In this document: positions 47,462 to 58,600 of the stretch, one piece after another | How the letters are laid out: every line of letters begins with the position of its first letter | Numbering within the stretch: position 1 is the stretch's first letter | Assembly (NCBI GenBank): GCA_040081625.1 | Contig: JBEBGD010000010.1 | Coordinates: 31,665 to 95,664, forward strand | Direction: 5' to 3' | DNA from: Chthoniobacteraceae bacterium | GTDB lineage: Bacteria > Verrucomicrobiota > Verrucomicrobiia > Chthoniobacterales > Chthoniobacteraceae | Length of the DNA stretch: 64,000 bases | Made by a program: the position numbers and the translations under genes | The notes under the pieces: model-generated | The model's database searches: none | What the model saw: the letters and a program-made list of their open reading frames with translations, nothing else | Told to the model about the DNA's origin: nothing

Positions 47462-48098
47462 CAAAGACATCGATTTGCTGCTGCTGACCGAGGCGGAGAA
47501 CTTCGCCCGCCTTGAACGCGCCCTCGCGGATCTGCAAGCGCGGCGCATCGCGGTTCCGCGGTTCGATCCTGCATTGCTCGCGCGCGGCCACGCCGTCCAC
47601 TTTCGTTGCAAGGCCGCGGGCGTCGAAGAGCTGCGCGTGGATGTGATGACCCGCCTTCGCGACCTGCCCGGCTTCTCCGCGCTGTGGGAGCGGCGCACGA
47701 CTTTCGCCGACGACACCGGGGAATCGTTCGACCTGCTCAGCGTGCCGGATCTGGTGCTGGCGAAGAAGACGCAGCGCGACAAGGACTGGCCGATTATCGC
47801 GCTGCTCGTGGACATCCATTTTCGCGAGAATCACAACGCGCCGACCCACGAGTGGGTGCAGTTCTGGCTGACCGAAGCCCGCAGCGTCGAACTGATCCGC
47901 AACCTCGCCACCCGCTTCCCCGCCGAGACGCGCACACTCGCCGCCACACGTCCGCTGCTCGCACTCGTCGTCGGCGACGACGAATCTCTGCGCCGCGCGC
48001 TCGATGAGGAAGTCCGCGCCGAGCAAGCGAAGGACCGCGCCTACTGGGAGCCGCTCAAGCGCGAGATGGAAGCCTTCCGCCGCGAGGAACGATTGTAG
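47352..48098 (+). CDS. Pol-beta-superfamily nucleotidyltransferase
   Basis: LLMGGQACVFYGAAQVSKDIDL (GG..DxD), RVDVMT, DLVLAKKTQRDKD; TTG start inferred. Confidence 0.8.
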   Translation: MIPTPIRQVLSTLRKNGVQTLLMGGQACVFYGAAQVSKDIDLLLLTEAENFARLERALADLQARRIAVPRFDPALLARGHAVHFRCKAAGVEELRVDVMTRLRDLPGFSALWERRTTFADDTGESFDLLSVPDLVLAKKTQRDKDWPIIALLVDIHFRENHNAPTHEWVQFWLTEARSVELIRNLATRFPAETRTLAATRPLLALVVGDDESLRRALDEEVRAEQAKDRAYWEPLKREMEAFRREERL

Positions 48099-48104
48099 CG
48101 CGAG

Positions 48105-48794
48105 TTACAAAATCTCCACCGCCCGCGCGCGCGGCGACCACAGCGCCTCGGCGTATTTCGCGCCGCACATCGCGCCGCGATAGCGCGCGAGGTTCGCCTT
48201 CGCGATCTGCGCGCCGTCGGGCTCGATGCCGTCGTAGGGCTTCTCGCGCACGAAGGCCATGAGCTGCCCGAGCCACTCAATGGCCGAAGGCCACACCTCG
48301 CTCACATCGACGAACGTGTTCGGCTCGAAGCCGATCGTGTGGCCGGGGCCGTTGTCGTAGCTGTAGATGCGCGACGGCAGCTTGAGCCGGTGCAGCCCGA
48401 GGATGCGGTCCGCCTGCCGCAGCGCGGGTTTGCTGATCGCCGCGGCGGCCTCGTGGTCGGGATGATTGTCGTGATGCCACAGCATGAACGCGACGTCCGG
48501 CTGCACCTCGGCGACCACTTTCGCGACTGCGGCCTTCGTCTTCTCATCGAGCGAAAAGCGGCCCGACGCGTAGTCGAGGAAGCGCATCTCGATCCCGTGG
48601 AAGTGCGCCAGCTCGGTGCTCACCTCGATCAGTTGCTTCTCGCGACCTTTGACCGGCGGCCAGTTCGTGTAGTCGCCGATGAGCGAGAGCACGACGACGC
48701 GATAATCCTTCGCGACGGCCTGCAGCAGGATGCCGGGGATGCCGAACACGCAGTCGTCGTAATGCGCGCCGATGGCGAGGAGGGTCTTGGGCAT
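48105..48794 (-). CDS. PIG-L/LmbE family deacetylase
   Basis: [26 protein letters not shown]. Confidence 0.88.
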   Translation of the reverse strand: MPKTLLAIGAHYDDCVFGIPGILLQAVAKDYRVVVLSLIGDYTNWPPVKGREKQLIEVSTELAHFHGIEMRFLDYASGRFSLDEKTKAAVAKVVAEVQPDVAFMLWHHDNHPDHEAAAAISKPALRQADRILGLHRLKLPSRIYSYDNGPGHTIGFEPNTFVDVSEVWPSAIEWLGQLMAFVREKPYDGIEPDGAQIAKANLARYRGAMCGAKYAEALWSPRARAVEIL

Positions 48795-48854
48795 GTGGCG
48801 GGTCTATGCGAAGCGAAGTTGCGTTTCGAGCTTTTCCGCTGTGATGCTCCGGCG

Positions 48855-49715
48855 ATGCAACTCATCGACGGAAAAGCCATCGCTGCGAAGATCAACGCCG
48901 ACTCCCGCGCAGCGGTCGCGGAGTTGCAAGCGCGCGGCATCACGCCGGGCCTCGCGGTCGTGCTCGTGGGCGAAGACCCCGCGTCGCAGGCCTACGTGCG
49001 CAACAAGGACCGCACCGCGAAGGAACTCGGCCTGCACTCGGTGAAGCACGAGCTTCCCGCCGACACGACGCAGGCCGCGCTCGTCGCGGTCGTCGAGTCG
49101 CTCAACTCCGATCCGCGCGTCCACGCCATCCTCGTGCAATCGCCGCCGCCGCCGCACATCGACGAGCGCGCGGTGATCGAGGCCATCGATCCGCGCAAGG
49201 ACGTGGACGGCTTTCATCCCGTGAACGTCGGCAAGCTCGCGCTCGGCGACGCGGACGGCTTCGTGCCCTGCACGCCGCTCGGCTGCCTGCGACTCCTCGC
49301 GGAGAGCGGCATCGAGACGCGCGGCGCGCGCGCCGTCGTGCTCGGCCGCTCGATGATCGTCGGCAAACCGCTCGCGCTGCTGCTTTCGGCGAAGGGCGTC
49401 GATGCGACCGTGACGATCGCGCACAGCCGCACGCGCGATCTCGCCGCGGTCTGCCGCGAAGCGGACATCCTCATCGCCGCGATTGGCCAGCCGCGGTTTG
49501 TGAAAGCGGACATGGTGCGCGAGGGCGCGGTCGTGATCGACGTGGGCATCAACCGCGTGGACGGCAAACTTGTCGGCGACGTCGCCTTCGACGAAGTCGC
49601 GCCGAAGTGCCGCGCGATCACGCCCGTGCCCGGCGGAGTCGGCCCGATGACCATCGCGATGCTCATGCACAACACCATCGCCAGCGCGCGGCGCTGGGAG
49701 ACCTCGCGCGACTGA
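48855..49715 (+). CDS. folD: Methylenetetrahydrofolate dehydrogenase/cyclohydrolase
   Basis: [48 protein letters not shown]. Confidence 0.98.
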   Translation: MQLIDGKAIAAKINADSRAAVAELQARGITPGLAVVLVGEDPASQAYVRNKDRTAKELGLHSVKHELPADTTQAALVAVVESLNSDPRVHAILVQSPPPPHIDERAVIEAIDPRKDVDGFHPVNVGKLALGDADGFVPCTPLGCLRLLAESGIETRGARAVVLGRSMIVGKPLALLLSAKGVDATVTIAHSRTRDLAAVCREADILIAAIGQPRFVKADMVREGAVVIDVGINRVDGKLVGDVAFDEVAPKCRAITPVPGGVGPMTIAMLMHNTIASARRWETSRD

Positions 49716-49764
49716 GCGAAGGTCTTGTTTTCCGACAACGCTCCTCACGACTGAATTACCCCCC

Positions 49765-51069
49765 ATGCGTTTCCTCGCCCTCCTCCTCGCCCTCGCCGTC
49801 ACCGCGTCCGCGCGGCAGCCGAACCTGATCATGATCATGGCCGACGATCTCGGCTACGAATGCATCGGCGCAAATGGCAGCACGTCTTACAAAACACCCG
49901 TGCTCGACAAGCTCGCCGCGACCGGGATGCGCTTCGAGCACTGCAACGTGCAGCCGCTCTGCACGCCGACGCGCGTGCAACTCATGACGGGCATCTACAA
50001 TGTCCGGAACTACATCAACTTTGGGAACATGGACCCGGCCTGCGTGACCTTCGGCAACGTGCTCAAGCAGGGCGGCTACGCGACGTGCATCGTCGGGAAG
50101 TGGCAGCTCGGACAGGATCGCGAGCTGCCGAAGAAGTTCGGCTTCGACGAGCATTGCCTGTGGCAGCACACGCGCCGGCCGCCGCGCTTCGCGAACCCCG
50201 GACTCGAGATCAACGGCGTCGCGAAGGACTACTCGAACGGCGAATACGGCCCGACGCTCGTGAACGATTACGCGCTCGATTTCATCACGCGGAAAAAGGA
50301 CGCGCCCTTCTTTCTCTACTACCCGATGATCCTCACGCACTCGCCTTACCAGGCCACGCCGGACAGCCCGACGTGGGACCCGAAGCTCACCGGCGAGAAC
50401 AAGGGCAAGCGCCCGGAGCACTTCGCCGACATGGTCGCCTACATGGACAAGATGATCGGCCGGCTCGTCGCGAAGCTCGATGAACTCGGCATCCGCGACG
50501 ACACGGTGATCGTCTTCATCGGCGACAACGGCACCGGCGGCGGCACCCGCTCGATGCTCGGCGAGCGCGTCGTCATGGGGGGAAAGGGCACGCTCAAGCA
50601 CACCGGCACGCACGTCCCCCTAATCGTGAACGGCCCCGGCCGCGTCGCTGCCGGGAAGGTCTCGACCGACCTCGTGGACAGCACCGATTTCCTCCCGACG
50701 CTGTGCGAAGCCGCGGGCGTCGCCGCACCCGCGAAGATCGACGGGCGCAGCTTTTGGCCACAACTCCGGGGTGAACGCGGGACGCCGCGCGAGTGGTGGT
50801 ATTGCTGGTATGGACCGCGCGAGGAGTTCGTCGGCGAGTTCGCCGCAAACCAGCACTACGAGCTGCATCGCGACGGAAAATTCTTCGACCTGCGCAAGGA
50901 CACCGAGGAGCAGCAACCGCTCGCCATCGCGTCGCTCGACGGCGAAGCCGCCGCCGCCGCGAAGACGCTGCAAGGCGCGCTGGATCAGTTCAAAGACGCG
51001 CGCCCCGCGAATCTCGCGAAGCCCGCGGCGGGCAAAGGCGGCAGGAAGAAAAAGAAGACCGGCGAGTAA
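49765..51069 (+). CDS. Sulfatase, secreted
   Basis: [34 protein letters not shown]. Confidence 0.93.
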   Translation: MRFLALLLALAVTASARQPNLIMIMADDLGYECIGANGSTSYKTPVLDKLAATGMRFEHCNVQPLCTPTRVQLMTGIYNVRNYINFGNMDPACVTFGNVLKQGGYATCIVGKWQLGQDRELPKKFGFDEHCLWQHTRRPPRFANPGLEINGVAKDYSNGEYGPTLVNDYALDFITRKKDAPFFLYYPMILTHSPYQATPDSPTWDPKLTGENKGKRPEHFADMVAYMDKMIGRLVAKLDELGIRDDTVIVFIGDNGTGGGTRSMLGERVVMGGKGTLKHTGTHVPLIVNGPGRVAAGKVSTDLVDSTDFLPTLCEAAGVAAPAKIDGRSFWPQLRGERGTPREWWYCWYGPREEFVGEFAANQHYELHRDGKFFDLRKDTEEQQPLAIASLDGEAAAAAKTLQGALDQFKDARPANLAKPAAGKGGRKKKKTGE

Positions 51070-51070
51070 G

Positions 51071-52420
51071 ATGATCGCCCGCATTCTCCTCTCGCTGCTC
51101 ATCCTCGCGTCGATCGCGTCGGCGCAGACGCGCCAGCCAAACATCGTCTTCATCCTCATCGACGACTTCGGCTACGCCGACTCCGGTCCCTACGGCGCGA
51201 AAGACATTCGCACGCCGCACATCGACCGGCTCGCGCGCGAAGGCGTGAAGTTCACCGACTTCTACGCGAACGCGCCCGTCTGCACGCCGACCCGCTGCGG
51301 CTTCATCACCGGTCGCTGGCAGCAGCGCGTGGGCTTCGAGTGGGCGATGGGTTTTTCCGCCGATTCATTGCGCCGCGTCGGCAGCGAGTGGGTGAAGGAA
51401 CCGGATATCCACGCGCTCGGCTTGCCCACGACCGTGCCGACGCTGCCGAAGATGCTCAAGGCCGCGGGCTACGCGACGGGCGCCTTCGGCAAATGGCACC
51501 TCGGCTACCGCGACGAATACAACCCGACCAAACACGGCTTCGACGAATACTTCGGCGAACTGCTCGGCCACTGCGACTACTACACGCACGCCTATTACGA
51601 CGGCACCTACGCGCTGCGCGACGGGCTCGAACCGGTGAAAGCGGAAGGTTATCTCACCGACCTCATCAACCAGCGCGCGACCGAGTTCGTCCGCAAGCAC
51701 GCGCGCGAGCCGTTCTTCCTCTACGTGCCGCACCTCGCGGTTCACTGCCCCTTCCAGCCGCCCGATCGGCCGCTGCCGAGCGTCACGAAGGCGAACATGT
51801 ATGACGGCGACCGCGCGACCTACGCCGCGATGGTCGAGAAGATCGACGAAGGCGTCGGGATGCTGCTCGCCGAGCTGGAAAAACAAGGCGTGCTCGACAA
51901 CACGCTCATCGTGCTCAGCAGCGACAACGGCGGCGAACGCTTCTCGGACAACTCGCCACTCGCGCATCACAAATCCACGCTCTGGGAAGGCGGCATCCGC
52001 GTGCCGTGCATCATGCGCTGGCCGGCGCGCCTGCCGCAGGGGAAGACCACGTCGCAGGTCGGCATCACGATGGATCTCACGGCGACCTTCGCCGCGATCG
52101 CGGGCGCGAAAGCGGATGCGGACCGCCCGTTCGACGGCATCGATCTCGTGCCGATGCTCACCGGCGAGAAGCCCGAGCAGCCGCGCACACTTTACTGGCG
52201 CATCGACCGCACCGGCCGGCAGCAGAAGGCAGTGCGCCACGGCTCGTGGAAGTATCTCCAGGACGGAAACGTCGAGATGCTCTTCGACCTCGCGAACGAC
52301 ATCAGCGAGCGCCGTGACGTGTTCTTCAAGCACCCGGAAATCTTCGCCGACCTCAAGCGCCGCCTCGCCGGCTGGGAGGCGGAACTCGCGAAGACGACGA
52401 CCGACTTCCTCGTCAAATGA
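51071..52420 (+). CDS. Sulfatase, secreted
   Basis: PNIVFILIDDFG, CTPTRCGFITGR, GKWHLG, SSDNGG, WEGGIRVP. Confidence 0.93.
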   Translation: MIARILLSLLILASIASAQTRQPNIVFILIDDFGYADSGPYGAKDIRTPHIDRLAREGVKFTDFYANAPVCTPTRCGFITGRWQQRVGFEWAMGFSADSLRRVGSEWVKEPDIHALGLPTTVPTLPKMLKAAGYATGAFGKWHLGYRDEYNPTKHGFDEYFGELLGHCDYYTHAYYDGTYALRDGLEPVKAEGYLTDLINQRATEFVRKHAREPFFLYVPHLAVHCPFQPPDRPLPSVTKANMYDGDRATYAAMVEKIDEGVGMLLAELEKQGVLDNTLIVLSSDNGGERFSDNSPLAHHKSTLWEGGIRVPCIMRWPARLPQGKTTSQVGITMDLTATFAAIAGAKADADRPFDGIDLVPMLTGEKPEQPRTLYWRIDRTGRQQKAVRHGSWKYLQDGNVEMLFDLANDISERRDVFFKHPEIFADLKRRLAGWEAELAKTTTDFLVK

Positions 52421-53157
52421 TCGCGCGGCTCGCGCTCTTCGTTGTCGCGACGCAGGCCTTCGCCGCTTCGCCATCGCTGCACCCAAAGGCTCAACCGCTG
52501 CCGCCGCCAGAGCCCGGCGGCATCGTGATGTTCGGCGACTCGACCACCGCCGCGCGGCCCGGCGCGGTGCAGAAAGTGTATGCGCAGCGCGTGAACGAAT
52601 CGCTGCAAGGCATCGGATCGAGTCTCGGCGTCCACAATGCCGGCATCGGCGGTCACACGACGAAGAACGCGCGCGACCGCTTCGCGAAGGACGTGCTCGC
52701 GCACAAACCGCGCGTTGTCGTGATCCAGTTCGGCCTCAACGACGCCGCCGTGGACGTGTGGAAAACGCCGCCCGCGACCGCCTCGCGCGTGCCGCTCGCC
52801 GACTACGAAGCGAACCTGCGCTGGATCATCGCCGAGCTGCGCAACGCGAAGGCGAAGCCGATCCTGATGACCACGAACCCGGCGCGCTGGACGCCGAAGC
52901 TCAAGGAAATGTATGGCAAGCCGCCGTATCGGCCCGACGCCGCCGACGGCTTCGATGCGCCCGTGCTCGCGCGCTACAACGAAGTCGTGCGCAAGCTCGC
53001 CGCCGAACTCCATGTGCCGCTCGTCGATGTCCACGCCATCTTCACCGCGACCGGCGACATCGACGCGCTGCTGCTCGACGGCATGCACCCGAACGACCGC
53101 GGCCACGAAATCGTCGCTGACCTTCTCGCGCCCGTGATCCGCGAGCAGTTGCGCTGA
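52417..53157 (+). CDS. SGNH/GDSL hydrolase
   Basis: FGDSTT, NAGIGG, QFGLND, DGMHPN. Confidence 0.92.
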   Translation: MIARLALFVVATQAFAASPSLHPKAQPLPPPEPGGIVMFGDSTTAARPGAVQKVYAQRVNESLQGIGSSLGVHNAGIGGHTTKNARDRFAKDVLAHKPRVVVIQFGLNDAAVDVWKTPPATASRVPLADYEANLRWIIAELRNAKAKPILMTTNPARWTPKLKEMYGKPPYRPDAADGFDAPVLARYNEVVRKLAAELHVPLVDVHAIFTATGDIDALLLDGMHPNDRGHEIVADLLAPVIREQLR

Positions 53158-53176
53158 AAAGGCCGGAGTCCGCGCC

Positions 53177-53953
53177 CTACTTCGTCTGCGAGTAGTCGGT
53201 CGCCTTCATGAAGAGCGACTTCACGCCGTCCTTCTCGACCGTGAGCGAGCCGCCCGCCTTTTCCTCGCTCGCCTTGCGCGCCGCGACCCAATCCGGATCG
53301 CCGCGGAACGCCCCGAACGACGCCTTCGCCGCGTCGGGCGATTGATGCGCGAGCAGATAGATGAGCGTGGTGTCCGGCGTGCCGAGCAGGTTCGCGTTCT
53401 TCGGCTGATCGGGCAGGAGCTTCCAGTAGAAGAGGTTCGTCATGCCGTGCTTGGCGAAGAGCTTCACCGTGTGATCGCGGAAGCGCGCGTGCAGATTCTC
53501 CAGCCGGCCCGGCGGCGTCGTGTAGGTGCGCATCTCGAAGACGCGCCCGTCGGTGCTGATGCCCGGCTTGATCTCCGGCGAGAAATCCAGCGCGGTGAAA
53601 AAGATCTGCTCGACCTTCGCGACGAGCTTTCCGTCCACCTCCGAGGCCTTGTAGGCGGCCTGCCAGTCGGGGTCGGCCATGAAGGCCTTCCACGACGCAT
53701 CGCGCGCGGCGCGGTCCGGGTAGGCGAGCACGTAGATGAGCTTCAGCTCGGGATTCTCGATCGGCATCCAGTAGCCGATGTTCGTGATCCCGTGCTTCTC
53801 GAAGAGCTTGCACGTGTGATCGCGAAAGCGCGCGTTCAGCGCGTCGAGCTTGCCGGGCGCGGCGAAGTAAGTGCGCATCTCGAAGACGCGCGTGTCGGTA
53901 TTGGCGGCGAAGGTGGTCGCGGTGAGCATGGCGAGGGCGAGGAGGGCTTTCAT
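53177..53953 (-). CDS. Secreted double-NIPSNAP-domain protein
   Basis: Two copies of RVFEMRTY...G.L..L.ARFRDHT.KLF.KHG; signal peptide MKALLALAML. Confidence 0.9.
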   Translation of the reverse strand: MKALLALAMLTATTFAANTDTRVFEMRTYFAAPGKLDALNARFRDHTCKLFEKHGITNIGYWMPIENPELKLIYVLAYPDRAARDASWKAFMADPDWQAAYKASEVDGKLVAKVEQIFFTALDFSPEIKPGISTDGRVFEMRTYTTPPGRLENLHARFRDHTVKLFAKHGMTNLFYWKLLPDQPKNANLLGTPDTTLIYLLAHQSPDAAKASFGAFRGDPDWVAARKASEEKAGGSLTVEKDGVKSLFMKATDYSQTK

Positions 53954-53998
53954 ATTGCGAGGGTGGCATCCCGTCGCGGCGCGTGTCATTAGAAACTT

Positions 53999-55246
53999 GT
54001 GCAAGTCTCCCTCGCCTACGGCCGCGGCACGCTCGACATCGAGCTACCCGCCGATCGAACCACCGTCATCGCGCCCGCGCATCAGCCCGGGCTCGCGGAC
54101 GAGCGCGCCGCCGTCTTTGCAGCTCTCGACGAGGCGAGCCTGCGCGCGACTGCGCAGACGCGGATCACCATCGTCCACACCGACATCACCCGCCCGACGC
54201 CGAACGACCGGCTCATTCCGTGGCTGCTCGCGTATCTCGAGGCGGCGGGCGCGCGGCGGGAAAACATCACTCTGCTCAATGGCCTCGGCACGCACCGGCC
54301 AAACACGCGCGCCGAGCTGGAGCAGATGCTCACGCCGGAAGTCGTCGCGAACTTCCGCTGCCTCAACCACGAACCGGAGAACGACGACGCGTGCGAGCAG
54401 TTCGGAGTCACGCGCACCGGCGCGCCGGCGCTCATCAACCGCCACCTCGCGCACGCGGACCTGCGCATCATCACCGGCTTCATCGAGCCGCATTTCTTCG
54501 CCGGATTCAGCGGCGGGCCGAAAGGGATCATGCCCGCTGTCGCCGCGCTCAAGACCGTGCAGAGCAATCACGGCGCGCAAAACATCGGCGACCGCCGCGC
54601 GACCTTCGGCGTGCTCGAGGGAAATCCGATCTGGGAGGAAATGCGCGACATCGCGCTGCGGGTCGGGCCGAGCTTTCTCCTGAATGTCGCGCTGAACGAG
54701 CGGCGCGAGATCACCGGCGTGTTCGCGGGCGATCTCGTCGCGGCGCATCGGCGCGGGTGCGAGTTCGTGCGCGCGGGCGCCATGCAGCGCGTGGACGAGC
54801 CCTTCGATGTCGTGGTCACCACGAACAGCGGCTACCCGCTCGACATGAACCTTTACCAGGCCGTGAAAGGGATGCGCGCCGCGGAGTTGATCGTGCGCGA
54901 CGGCGGCACGGTCATCATCGCCGCCGAGTGCAGCGAAGGCGTCCCGCACGACAGCCCGCACGACCGCCTGCTGCGCAGCGTGGCCGATGGCGAGGCGCTG
55001 CTCGCGCGCGTGAGCGAGCCCGGCTTCACCTGGCCCGAGCAGTGGCAGGGGCAAATCCAGGCGCTCATCCAGCGCCGCGCGTCGGTGCATCTCCACAGCG
55101 TGCTCGACGACGCGACCGTGCGCGCCGCGCACCTCATCCCGTGCCCGGACATCGCCGCGCTCGTGCGCTCGCTCCCCGGTCGCGTCGCCGTGCTGCCGCA
55201 GGGTCCGCTGACGATTCCGTATCTGGCGCGGCCGGCCGGCCGGTGA
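53999..55246 (+). CDS. larA: Nickel-pincer-dependent lactate racemase family protein
   Basis: DITRPTP, GLGTHRP, IEPHFFAGFSGGPK, YPLDMNLYQAVKG. Confidence 0.92.
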   Translation: MQVSLAYGRGTLDIELPADRTTVIAPAHQPGLADERAAVFAALDEASLRATAQTRITIVHTDITRPTPNDRLIPWLLAYLEAAGARRENITLLNGLGTHRPNTRAELEQMLTPEVVANFRCLNHEPENDDACEQFGVTRTGAPALINRHLAHADLRIITGFIEPHFFAGFSGGPKGIMPAVAALKTVQSNHGAQNIGDRRATFGVLEGNPIWEEMRDIALRVGPSFLLNVALNERREITGVFAGDLVAAHRRGCEFVRAGAMQRVDEPFDVVVTTNSGYPLDMNLYQAVKGMRAAELIVRDGGTVIIAAECSEGVPHDSPHDRLLRSVADGEALLARVSEPGFTWPEQWQGQIQALIQRRASVHLHSVLDDATVRAAHLIPCPDIAALVRSLPGRVAVLPQGPLTIPYLARPAGR

Positions 55247-55318
55247 GGTATCCTTTGACAAAGCCCGGCAAGGCCCGACATCCACCGCCCGCATTTTCAC
55301 TCCAACCGTCTAATCATC

Positions 55319-55441
55319 ATGGGCCACTACAAAGGTCGAGAGAACGTCAGGCGTCGCACCAAGCGCCGCATCAAAGCCGAAGCCATCGCGTTTAAGAAAG
55401 CCGAGGCGCAAGCCGCCGCTCCGGCGCCTGCCGCGACGTAG
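55319..55441 (+). CDS. Small basic protein, 40 aa (below the ORF-track cutoff)
   Basis: MGHYKGRENVRRRTKRRIKAEAIAFKKAEAQAAAPAPAAT*; TTGACA at 55255-55260; leader aatcatcATG matches that of the 11239 gene. Confidence 0.6.
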   Translation: MGHYKGRENVRRRTKRRIKAEAIAFKKAEAQAAAPAPAAT

Positions 55442-55657
55442 CGCTCGGAACGGTCAGTTTTCCAGCCGCGGGCCGCGGCTGAAGAGATTCGCCATCGCTT
55501 CGCGCCCGGCTATTTGATGCCCGGCGTCTCGATACCGCGCCTGCGCCGCCAGCACTGCGTGTCGTAAGGCATCGACGCGACTCGCCGGACATCGGCGCGA
55601 GGCCCTATGGCCAACTCGGCCCTTGCAAACTGAGGCGCGCAGCCGCCTCTTTGCGGC

Positions 55658-58600
55658 GTGAGAACCGCATCCTATCTCGAACCGCTCGAGGCCCGGATTG
55701 CGCCCGCTGCCATTGTCTTCGATCTGCCCGCTGGGAACGGCACACCGGACGAGATCACGGTTGCGCGCGATGCAGCGCAGCTCGTGCTCGCGATCAATGG
55801 CGCGCAGGTGGCGGCTTGGGAATTCGCGGGCGTCGATTCGCTGGGCATCGGCGGATCGGACGACGACGATACGCTCGTCGTCGATTTCGACTCGGGGGAG
55901 GCGGTGCCGGCGGGCGGGCTGTTTTTCGATGGGCGCGCCGGGTTCGACTCGCTCGACGTGCGCGGCGGCTCATTCGAGCGCGCGGTTTCGACGCCGTTCG
56001 ATGCGCACTCGGGCACCCTCGCGTTTGACGCGCGGCTCATCACGTATGCGGGGATCGAGCCGATCAACGACACCTCGGCGGCAGCCAATTTCGTCATCAA
56101 TGCGTCGTCGTCGCTCGATCTCATCGTCATCGGCAATGGCGCGGTCGTGAACGGCTTTCAGACCATTCAGGTTTTCGGGGGAGAGCCCGCGAACTTCGAG
56201 TCGGTGCAGTTTGCCAACAAGCAGGTCGTGTTCATCAACGGCCTCGGAGGCGGCGACACGTTCAACTTCGAGGCGACGATTCCCGCAGTCGGCTTGTCCG
56301 CGATCCTCATGAACGGCCACAGCTCCGACAACGCCGGCGACGATAGCGCGATCGATCTCGTCAACATCAATGGCTCGATCGCCGGCGTCGCGTTCGCGGT
56401 GACAGGCGGCGGCGGCGCGGATCAGTTCTTTGCGAATGACGGGACTTACAACCGTCCGATCACGTTCAACGGCCAGGCGGGCGCGGATACGTTGTCGGTC
56501 TCCGGCATGACGATCAGCGGCTCGGCGACCGGCGCGCTGACGATCAACGACATCGCTACGATCACGGTCGAGAGCAGCAGATTCACGAACAACGGCGACG
56601 AGGGAATCGAGATCACGGGCGGCGGCACGGCGACGCTCACGGGCGTGACTTCCACCGGCAACCTGACGGGGCTGCTCGCGACCGGCGCGCTCAGCATTTC
56701 CGACACGGGGGGCAACTACTCGCGCAACGACAATCACGGCATCCAACTCGTCGGACACGCGGGCGGCGTGATGCTGACCGACACGAGGCTCGAGAATAAC
56801 GACGCGAACAACGACAACGTCGGCGACGGCTTCAACGCGGACACGATCGCCGGCGCGTTGACGGTGCGCGGCGCGCAGATCCGCGACACCGGCGGCGCGA
56901 GCGATCACCAGGAGCGCGGCATTTTCGTCGGCAGCATCGTCGGCGGCGTGACCCTTGAGAGTTCCACCGACAATGCTGTCCGCGTCGAGGGCCACGAGAG
57001 CGACGGCGTGCGCATCGACAATGGCGGCGCGACGGCGTCGATCACGGGCGGCGTCTTCATGTCCAATGCGGCCGACGGGCTCGACCTGCGCAGCTTCGGC
57101 GCGATCACGGTCTCATCGGCCGACGTGAACAACAACCAGCGCGGGCTGCGCGTGGAAAACTCCGAGCTCACCGTCACGGGCGGCGTGTTCAACAACCACA
57201 GTCTCCACGGGCTCTCGCTCGTGACGGTGACGGCGACGCTCACCGATGTCGTCGCGGAGTCGAACGCTTCGCGCGGCATCGTCGCCGATCTCGTCGGCGC
57301 GAGCACGATCAGCGGTGGGCGTTTTTCCGACAATGGCTCGCACGGCCTCGAGCTTCGCGGCAACAGCGTAGTCGGCGCGACGATCGCGCTCACGGATGTC
57401 GAAGCGAAGATGAACTCGGGCGACGGGCTGCTCGCGAATGGCTTCACCGACAGCGGCAGCGCCGCGCCGGAGATCACGATCACCGGCGGCACGTTCAGCC
57501 AGAACGGCCTCGCCTTTGAGTTGATCAGCGGCATTCATTTTTCGGCGAACATCGGCGACGCGCTGATCGAGAACCTCACCGCGGCGAACAATCCGCTGGC
57601 CGGCATCACCGTGGACGTCGCCGCGAGCGTGACGATGCGCAATGTCACCATGAGCCAGAACGGCTTCGGTGCCAGCGACCCGCTCGGAGCGTCTTTCGCG
57701 AACGTGGGTCTGCTGAGCTACACGCCGACCACGGGCGAGGTGGACGATACTTTCACGTTGAGCGCGAGTGGCCGGCTCACGACGCAATTCACCGATCGCC
57801 TGTCGCTCGGTGTGAATGTGGGCGTGCTCGCGCTCAACGGCGGCGACGGACGCGACACATTCAATGTCATCCCGCTGGTGGATACGCTGGTCGTCATCGA
57901 TGGCGGCGCGCCGGCGAACTCGCCCGGCGACGTGCTGGAATACAACACCGAGCGCCGCATCCCGACGCAGTCCGATGTCGGCATCTTCGCACCGGGCGTG
58001 ATGCCGGTGGATTTCAGCGGGATCGAGTCGGTCTCGATCAACAACAACGGCCTGCGCCTCCTCAACGCTAAGACCGCCGTCTATCGCGACGTGGACGGCG
58101 ACGACGTGACGCTCAAGGTCAACCGCGGCGCGTTCGCCTTCGACGACTTCATGCTCGATCCGGATGGCCTCGGCGCGCAGCTCCAACTCATCGTCCTCGC
58201 CGGGTTCGACCGCGCGAACTTCACGCTGACGGCAAAACGCAGCGCGCTCGGCGGCGACGGCTTCGCCAATGTCGGGCACATCGATGCCATCGACACCGAC
58301 CTCGGCGCGATCAGCATCAAGGGCGATCTCGGTCGCATCGACGCGGGCACGGGCAGCGCGACCGTGCCGGCGATCAAGTCGCTCACCGTGCAATCGGTCG
58401 GCCGGCTCGAAGACACCACGCAGGCCACGGGCGGCTCGCTGACGAGCAGCATTTTCGGAAAGCTCGGCAAGCTCACGATCCGCGGCGACATGCGCGGGAT
58501 CATCAATGTCGCCGGCAAGGATTTCGTCTCGGGCGCCGACGGGAAAATCGGCGCGATCACCATCGGCGGCTCACTCATCGGTGGTGAAGCGCTCGACGCC

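Noticed and set aside
55463..55481. Intrinsic terminator
   Set aside because: A GC hairpin is present but there is no U-tract on either strand.
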